The notes below the pieces were generated by a model. The model ran no database searches. It saw only the letters and a program-made list of their open reading frames with translations, and had not been told where the DNA came from. Of a stretch of 51,433 bases of DNA, positions 45,234 through 51,433 are shown one piece after another. Made by a program: the position numbers and the translations under genes. Each line of letters opens with the position of its first letter. The first letter of the stretch is position 1. Source of the DNA: Bacillota bacterium (GTDB taxonomy: Bacteria; Bacillota; Dethiobacteria; DTU022; UBA8154); contig JAKORA010000071.1 in NCBI GenBank assembly GCA_029778075.1, forward strand, positions 1 to 51,433, read 5' to 3'.

Positions 45234-47268
45234 CCTAAAAGTACGGCCTTTAGTGCTGCCTTTAATAAAGCATCCCTCTACAAAACAAATGCTTTATCCA
45301 CACCAGGCGGCAATGCTTGAAAACTGGAATAAATATAATACATTTACGCTTGTCACAAAAACGGGAACGGGCAAGACTATGGGGGCAGTATTGCCTGTAC
45401 TTTTAAACAGGCAACGGGCAATTTGTGTGTATCCTACTAATGAGCTTATTCGTGACCAGGTCAAAAACATCGCTAGTATTGCTGAAAGAGAAGGGCTTAA
45501 GGCTTGTATTTTGACCCTTGAGACTACCGTCGAAGAGTATTCAAAAGCAGACGTTATTTTGACGCATATTGATGCTTTTACCCTGGAAGCTTGGTGTAAG
45601 CAAAAACATTGGCGTGAAAAATGGAGAGCATTAAAAGAACTGTTAGAAGCCGATAAACCTAAGATTATTTTCACTAACCCAGACATTCTTTTTTTGATCT
45701 TTGCTTTGCGCTATCATGCTGAGCCATTTGCTGCATTGTCTGGCTATAACGTTTTAATTGTCGATGAATTTCATCTATATACAGGGGTTGAATTAGCCCA
45801 TGCTTTATTCATGCTCCATCTAGGCTACAGCTTGGGCTTTTTTGAGAAAATCGTTCTTTTATCAGCCACACCTTCACCTGAAGTTTACGAATATTTGCAG
45901 GTGTTGCTCAACGATCCCTTTTGTGTAGATTCAACAACAGGCAAAACGGGTGGTTCTGATTTTCTCGGCGAAGAGCGCGTTGCTGTCCACGAAGTAGAAT
46001 TAATTCCTTTCTTGGCTGGGCAGGATATAGTAGAAACAGCTGTGGTTATAGTCAAAAAACTGTCAGAAGAAATTATTAAAGTCTGGAAGCAAAATACAGG
46101 AGTTGGCTACATCCCTGCTGTAATTGTCCTCAATTCTGTGGTTGACGCTATCCGCTTAGAAGACCGGCTGGCAGAGGAAGGTTTTAAGCGCAAGGAAATG
46201 GCCATCATAAGGGGCCTTTCAGCACGAGAAGTGCGCAACACATCAGGGAAAAAAATCGCCATAGGGACTTCTGCTATTGAGGTGGGGATAGATTTTCAAT
46301 GCGATTACCTTATTTTTGAAGCGAGTGAGGCTGCTTCTTTCATGCAGCGCTTTGGGCGGGTGGGGCGGCATAAACCAGGTGTTGCCTATGTACTTTGTCC
46401 ACCAAACGTTCTCTACGGAATAGAAACTTTGAAAGAAAAAGGGATTGAATTAGATCGCGCTGTTTTAGAGGAAAAGGCATATAACTGGTTTCCTTCTTTT
46501 GAAACAAGAGCATGGTTTGTAAGGACACTTATGGGTTTGCTTTCGGCCTTTACCCTTGGTGAAAACTTAATAAAGTGCGTTCGCGAAGATTTCAAAGCTA
46601 CTCCAGCACTGATAACAGAAGTGGAATCACAAATGGAGAATCAATATACTTCATATGGTCAAAAAATTGGTTGCAAGGATAGTATACTTAACAGCGCGCT
46701 CTATAAACTGCGGAAAGCACGTCAAGGCAACGCTAGGCTTGAATGGTTAAGGGTATATCGAGACCTCAACACTTTTCGTACTTCCCTTCCCAGCGAGTGG
46801 ATACTTGATTTTGCTGAATTAGAACGCCGAGGTGGTGATTGGGAAAAAGCTAAGTATACTGCAGATTTGGCGACTTTGCTTCGGCGTGCTGAGGGTTTGC
46901 GTTTTAACTCCAAAATTCGTCACCCGACTGGTAATAAAGGAATGCTCACTGTCAAAGGTTATGGTCGATATAAAAAAGTATGGATTATACCAGAATTTAG
47001 AGATGAACAAATTGGATTTTTACACTGTACTAAAGACTTTCCTAATATGCTTTTTATTCAAGAGGGCCATAAAACTTCAGTTTCTCATATAATGTCGTTG
47101 CGCAATCATGTTTTTGTAGTTGTACCAAAAAGTATATTGCATCAGCTTGACTGGCGTTTACCTGTGTTTGACTGCGGGAAGCATCTTATCGGCTTTGATG
47201 GAGTCGCCCTAATCTTAATAGAACTTTATAACTTAACATCTCAAACAAGTTATTTAAGTAGCATTTAA
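45226..47268 (+). CDS. cas3: Cas3' SF2 helicase without an HD domain
   Basis: Walker A KTGTGKT (45358-45378), DEFH box (45763-45774), LSATPS, and the motif VI-like FMQRFGRVGRH. No HD motifs are present in the 680 aa. Confidence 0.85.
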   Translation: MDSLKVRPLVLPLIKHPSTKQMLYPHQAAMLENWNKYNTFTLVTKTGTGKTMGAVLPVLLNRQRAICVYPTNELIRDQVKNIASIAEREGLKACILTLETTVEEYSKADVILTHIDAFTLEAWCKQKHWREKWRALKELLEADKPKIIFTNPDILFLIFALRYHAEPFAALSGYNVLIVDEFHLYTGVELAHALFMLHLGYSLGFFEKIVLLSATPSPEVYEYLQVLLNDPFCVDSTTGKTGGSDFLGEERVAVHEVELIPFLAGQDIVETAVVIVKKLSEEIIKVWKQNTGVGYIPAVIVLNSVVDAIRLEDRLAEEGFKRKEMAIIRGLSAREVRNTSGKKIAIGTSAIEVGIDFQCDYLIFEASEAASFMQRFGRVGRHKPGVAYVLCPPNVLYGIETLKEKGIELDRAVLEEKAYNWFPSFETRAWFVRTLMGLLSAFTLGENLIKCVREDFKATPALITEVESQMENQYTSYGQKIGCKDSILNSALYKLRKARQGNARLEWLRVYRDLNTFRTSLPSEWILDFAELERRGGDWEKAKYTADLATLLRRAEGLRFNSKIRHPTGNKGMLTVKGYGRYKKVWIIPEFRDEQIGFLHCTKDFPNMLFIQEGHKTSVSHIMSLRNHVFVVVPKSILHQLDWRLPVFDCGKHLIGFDGVALILIELYNLTSQTSYLSSI

Positions 47269-48029
47269 TAGCAAATTGTTTTACAAACAGTCTGGAAATT
47301 ATCCTAAGCACACAACCATGCAATAAAGTGACCGGTATTAGAAATATCTGAAATGATTATAGATATAATATCTCTTTAGCCCTAAATAATTTAAAGAAAC
47401 GCATATGTTATGTTAAAACTTTATTAAGAATAGAGTGCGTTGGGAAATAAAAAGTATACTGATGAGTTCAACATGGAAGAAATTAATAGTGAAACGGGTA
47501 ATATCTATAAAAAATCAAAAGGGGGTTGATTACAACATCAAAAGGACCTACACCGAAAGAAAACAAGGCTGTGCAAATTTTCGGTAAGAGTGTTGTGCTT
47601 TTGTCGGCCACGTCTTATTGCTACTGAAATAGAAAAGGTAGGTGTTGCCCTATAGTAGGAGAGTAAATTGGAGGCATTAGTTCAATAACGTAGACATTTT
47701 AAATTCTACCAGTGGCGAAGACTGCTTTTGCTTTTGTAACTTATTCTGCTGGAAAGAAATATATTCTTCGGAATATAAACCTGAATATCTGTTCTGCCAA
47801 CAAAATGTTTTTTCCATGTAATGATTACTCTGCTATTATACATCTTGGCTTCCTTTAAAAATATTGAATCTCCTACAAAAAACATACTGGTTTGGGGCGA
47901 TATTTGAGGAGCCAGGTTGTTAACGGAATGATAAAAATATTTAAGAAACATTTAATATTTTTAAAATATTGCCGATAAAATGTAAAAACCCCTCATTTTT
48001 GAGGAAGATTCTTTCCAGGAGAGTTTTTT

Positions 48030-49037
48030 ATGAACCTCGTCATTAACAACTATGGCTCCTTTATCGGCAAAAAGAGTGAACGGTTGGTCGTTAAGGAAAA
48101 CGGCAAGGTGGTCCATGAAGTGCCTTTTTTTGACCTTTCCCAGGTTACGGTAACAACGGCCGGTGCTTCGCTATCCAGCGATGCTATAAAAATGTGCATG
48201 GAATACGGGATACAGATTAATTTTCTTTCCAGCTCCGGTCAGCCTTATGCCAAAATCAGTTCACCGCAGTTGACGGCTACGGTGCAAACCAGGCGGGAAC
48301 AATTGATGGCATACCTGGACCAAAGAGGTGTTGCGCTGGCAAAAGCTTTTGTTTACGGAAAAATTAAAAACCAGGTTAATACTCTAAAATATTTTTCCAA
48401 GCACCGCAAGGAAGCCCAAAGGGAAACTTACGAAAAAATTATGGCGGCCGTAAAAAAGATGGAAAATATCTGCAAAGAGCTGGACAGTCTTAACGGAGAG
48501 AAAATTGATGAGTTAAGAGGACAGTTTCTTTCTATCGAGGGAAGGGCTTCCGCTGTATACTGGGATCTTGTAGCGCTAATCCTTGAGGGAAAGGTGGATT
48601 TCCCGGGAAGGGAGCATCGTGGAGCGGAAGATCCCTTTAATTCCTTGCTTAACTATGGGTACGGCATCCTTTACTCTCAGGTGTGGAGTGCAGTTATCCT
48701 GGCCGGTCTTGAGCCGTTTGCCGGATTTATGCATGTAGACCGGCCGGGTAAACCATCTCTTGTCCTTGATCTGATCGAGGAGTTTCGCCAGCCAGTCGTG
48801 GACAGGACGGTTATTGCTATTTTCAGCAAGGGCGCTAAAATACAGCTGGAGGAAGGTAAGCTCTCCGCAGAGACTCGCAAAGATTTTGCGGAAAGGATCC
48901 TGGAGAGGCTGGAGGCAACTGACAATTACGAAGGGAAAAAATTTAGGCTCTCAACTATCATCCAACGGCAGGCTAGAAGCATTGCCTCCTTTGTCCGCGG
49001 AGAAGGAAAGTACCGCCCTTTTGTGGGGGGATGGTAG
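48030..49037 (+). CDS. cas1: CRISPR integrase Cas1
   Basis: 335 aa with FLSIEGRASAVYW, FNSLLNYGYGILYS and GFMHVDRPGKPSLVLDLIEEFR (conserved E/H/D-E residues). Confidence 0.9.
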   Translation: MNLVINNYGSFIGKKSERLVVKENGKVVHEVPFFDLSQVTVTTAGASLSSDAIKMCMEYGIQINFLSSSGQPYAKISSPQLTATVQTRREQLMAYLDQRGVALAKAFVYGKIKNQVNTLKYFSKHRKEAQRETYEKIMAAVKKMENICKELDSLNGEKIDELRGQFLSIEGRASAVYWDLVALILEGKVDFPGREHRGAEDPFNSLLNYGYGILYSQVWSAVILAGLEPFAGFMHVDRPGKPSLVLDLIEEFRQPVVDRTVIAIFSKGAKIQLEEGKLSAETRKDFAERILERLEATDNYEGKKFRLSTIIQRQARSIASFVRGEGKYRPFVGGW

Positions 49038-49294
49038 TGCAGACACTGGTTATTTATGATATTCCAGATGATAAGATTAGAAACAAAATTAGTGAGGCCT
49101 GCAAGGATTATGGTCTTACCCGCATCCAGTACAGCGCTTTCCTGGGCGACATTAACCACAACAGGCGTGATGAACTTCGTCAGCGACTGCGGCGCACCCT
49201 TGGGAAAAAAGAGGGGAATATCCAGATCTATCCCCTGTGCGATAAAGATATCAAGTTAAAGTGTGAAATTGTTAACACTGGAGAAAAAAAATGA
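49031..49294 (+). CDS. cas2: Cas2
   Basis: 87 aa. LVIYDIPDDKIRNKISEACKDYGLTRIQYSAF ferredoxin-like pattern. It overlaps the cas1 stop and the cas4 start. Confidence 0.85.
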   Translation: MVVQTLVIYDIPDDKIRNKISEACKDYGLTRIQYSAFLGDINHNRRDELRQRLRRTLGKKEGNIQIYPLCDKDIKLKCEIVNTGEKK

Positions 49295-49869
49295 TCCCGT
49301 TGCGTGTTTCGGATTTAAAACAATATATTTACTGCCCGCGCATTCTTTATTTTTACTATGTTTTGCCGGTACCCCGCAGGATAACGCGGAAAATGGAATA
49401 CGGTAAATTGGAGCATGTCGAAATACAGCAACTGGAGAAAAGACGAGGGTTGAAGCCCTATGGCGTGCTTGATGGTGAGAGGTCCTTTCATGTTTGGCTT
49501 GAATCTTCACGCTTGGGTTTACAAGGTGTTCTTGATATGATGATTACTTCTACGACCGGTGAGATTTATCCGGTAGAGTTCAAACACAGTATCAGCAAAA
49601 AAGGTTTGCACCAAAAATACCAGCTGGCTGCTTATGCCATGCTGCTGGAGGATATGTTCCGGAAGCCTGTACGGTATGGATTTCTTTACCTGATTCCTGT
49701 TAAGACCATTATCCCGCTCGAAATTACTTGTAGCATGCGTGAACATATCAAAAAAGTCCTCAGCGCTATTAGAAATCTTATTTCAGGTGAGAGAATTCCG
49801 GGTTATGTTCGTTCAAAACACCGCTGCTGTGACTGTGAGTTTCATAATTACTGTGCAGACCTGAGGTGA
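49291..49869 (+). CDS. cas4: Cas4 (RecB-like exonuclease with a 4-Cys cluster)
   Basis: YIYCPRILYF N-terminal Cys, the LDMM...VEFKHS nuclease motif (D...ExK), QLAAYAML, and the C-terminal CCDCEFHNYC. Confidence 0.85.
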   Translation: MIPLRVSDLKQYIYCPRILYFYYVLPVPRRITRKMEYGKLEHVEIQQLEKRRGLKPYGVLDGERSFHVWLESSRLGLQGVLDMMITSTTGEIYPVEFKHSISKKGLHQKYQLAAYAMLLEDMFRKPVRYGFLYLIPVKTIIPLEITCSMREHIKKVLSAIRNLISGERIPGYVRSKHRCCDCEFHNYCADLR

Positions 49870-49873
49870 AGTT

Positions 49874-50785
49874 ATGTATTTTTTAAATGAAGACGAAAGA
49901 AAAAAGCTGCTTAAAGGTTTTCTTCCCAAGTCCCGTGAACAAGCTGTGGCGGAGGAGTTGCGCGGCTGGAACTGGCACCAACCACCTTTAGAGCCTGTTT
50001 ATGAGGTTAGCCTGCCTTTATATCAGGTGGCCGGTAAGTACTGTTCCAGCGGCAGGGATGTCTATTTAAACAGGGTGGAGAAACGAAAAAGTGAAGCCAA
50101 CGATGCCATGCAGCTTGGTTCATTGTTCCACGAATTTATTGTTTATATATTAGTCCGTACAAAAAAGTTGATTTATCAATATGAGTTAAATACAGAATTG
50201 GTCTTCCAGGAATTGAAAAAAGTGCTGCCCGAGTTTTTAGAACGTAAGGCGTTTTTTCAGGAGAAAATTCCCGGTTTAAAGGATAAAATCGAACAACTCT
50301 ACAATTATGAATATTACCGGATTACATCGCGTATTCAGGAGATCCTTTCCAGACAGCCTTACATTGGGGAAGATTCTCTGGTTGCGCAGGTTGTTCCCCT
50401 TGTGCTGGAACAAAAGTTGGACGGATCCCTTCTTGGATTAAGCTCAAATTTAAGCTCAGACGCCTTTGTTTTTTCTGAACCGATGATTATAGATTTGAAA
50501 TTTGGGGCCCCTCAGAATTTTCATCGTTTAACCACAACCGGTTATGCCCTGGTAATGGAGTCTATTTATGAGTACCCTGTTAATATCGGGTGCATTGTTT
50601 ACGGGCAATTTAAAAATGGACGACTTTATATCCAGAAAGATTTTCATATCATCAACGATGAACTTCGTCAGTGGTTTATTGAAGAAAGAGATGAAAAAAT
50701 GAGGATAGTCTACGACGAGATAGATCCGGGGATAGCAGATAACTGCTACGAAACCTGCCCTTTTTATACTTTTTGCCATCGTTAA
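49874..50785 (+). CDS. Second Cas4-like nuclease (Csa1/Cas4'-like)
   Basis: 303 aa. MIIDLKFG (DxK), TTGYALVME, one N-proximal Cys (KYCSSG) and the C-terminal CYETCPFYTFC. It directly follows cas4. Confidence 0.55.
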   Translation: MYFLNEDERKKLLKGFLPKSREQAVAEELRGWNWHQPPLEPVYEVSLPLYQVAGKYCSSGRDVYLNRVEKRKSEANDAMQLGSLFHEFIVYILVRTKKLIYQYELNTELVFQELKKVLPEFLERKAFFQEKIPGLKDKIEQLYNYEYYRITSRIQEILSRQPYIGEDSLVAQVVPLVLEQKLDGSLLGLSSNLSSDAFVFSEPMIIDLKFGAPQNFHRLTTTGYALVMESIYEYPVNIGCIVYGQFKNGRLYIQKDFHIINDELRQWFIEERDEKMRIVYDEIDPGIADNCYETCPFYTFCHR

Positions 50786-50959
50786 ATTTATGATATTATG
50801 GTTATAAAGCACAAATACAAGAGGGGGGATTAAAATTTTCGCAGATATCCTATCTTTTCGTGCAAAAAAATTATCTTCGAGAATTTATAAAAATGCTGTC
50901 AAAAGTTATAATGGCAGAACCCCCATTCTGTGCAGAGTTAGTCTAAGACGTTGAAGTCG
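50786..50959 (+). promoter_or_regulatory. CRISPR leader with a candidate promoter
   Basis: AT-rich 174 bp between the last cas gene and repeat 1. TTTATA (50884-50889), a 17-nt spacer, then TATAAT (50907-50912), about 48 nt upstream of repeat 1. Confidence 0.5.
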
Positions 50960-51433
50960 GTATCATCACTAATCCCGTAAAATAGGGGACTGAAAGAGTA
51001 AGCGTTTACCGGATGTTGGTCCACGATGACGCGTATCATCACTAATCCCGTAAAATAGGGGACTGAAAGAACTTTCAGAGCATGGCTGGCTGCGGGAATG
51101 CCAGCGGTATCATCACTAATCCCGTAAAATAGGGGACTGAAAGATCGGGGCGCAAATATGAATGGGCCATCGAGCCGGATTGTATCATCACTAATCCCGT
51201 AAAATAGGGGACTGAAAGAATAACCCACCGGACTGTTCCAGCATGGACGGAAAAGTATCATCACTAATCCCGTAAAATAGGGGACTGAAAGGAAACTGCA
51301 CGCCGCCATTCCCGGAAGATGAAGCAAGTATCATCACTAATCCCGTAAAATAGGGGACTGAAAGAAATAATTCTTTACACCATTGTCTACACCATGACTA
51401 GTATCATCACTAATCCCGTCAAATAGGGGACTG
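50960..51433 (+). CRISPR. CRISPR array with 37-nt repeat GTATCATCACTAATCCCGTAAAATAGGGGACTGAAAG; 7 repeats visible (the last is cut by the window end) and 6 spacers of 36-38 nt
   Basis: Repeats start at 50960, 51033, 51107, 51182, 51255, 51328 and 51401. The first six are identical, and the seventh has A>C at 51420. Spacers are unique: 50997-51032, 51070-51106, 51144-51181, 51219-51254, 51292-51327 and 51365-51400. Confidence 0.97.

Noticed and set aside
47611-47635. Possible orphan or degenerate CRISPR repeat (…TTGCTACTGAAATAGAAAAGG…) in the gap
   Set aside because: Only a 7-nt ACTGAAA match to the repeat tail is present. The hairpin part (AATCCCG...GGGG) is absent.
47706-47951. 81-aa - strand ORF in the cas3-cas1 gap as a real gene
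   Set aside because: It has no ribosome-binding site, an AT-driven Phe/Ile/Lys/Ser-rich composition and no recognisable motif. It is kept only as a possible pseudogene remnant in the gap finding.
50938-51327. 129-aa ORF on the - strand across the CRISPR array
   Set aside because: Its translation repeats FSPLFYGISDDT at every CRISPR repeat. It is an artefact of the repeat being open in that frame.

Overview
This window looks like a chromosomal segment from a spore-forming Firmicute (Clostridia-like), judged from gene content and order. It splits into three parts. (1) Positions 1-27 kb carry a conserved housekeeping backbone on the + strand: HIT, rpsU, yqeY, nfeD, floA, yqfC, yqfD, phoH, a 7TM-HD protein, ybeY, dgkA, a DUF881 protein, cdd, era, recO, a T-box leader with glyQ and glyS, a decayed PPDK-regulator gene, ppdK, a dGTPase-like gene, dnaG and sigA. 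One D-Ala-D-Ala carboxypeptidase lies on the - strand. (2) A four-tRNA operon (Asn, Met, Glu, Val) at 27.1-27.5 kb is followed by an accessory metabolic block at 27.8-37.8 kb. That block holds a UbiD-family decarboxylase, an Fe-alcohol dehydrogenase, a TRAP transporter (dctPQM), a LysR regulator, a secreted rhodanese fusion and a URO-D-like protein. (3) Positions 38.0-51.4 kb hold a complete type I-D-like CRISPR-Cas locus with an unusual layout: cas6, a WYL regulator, an HD-bearing cas10d, an unassigned 214-aa gene, csc2, csc1 and an HD-less cas3 helicase. These are followed by a 761-bp AT-rich gap, then cas1, cas2, cas4 and a second Cas4/Csa1-like gene, a leader, and a 37-nt-repeat array that runs off the window edge. 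The most interesting items are the unassigned gene inside the effector operon (a possible free-standing Cas11d), the tandem Cas4 paralogs, the non-coding seam between modules, and the deleted, frameshifted PPDK regulatory gene. No transposase or integrase gene was seen. All family assignments rest on motif reading by eye, not on database searches.
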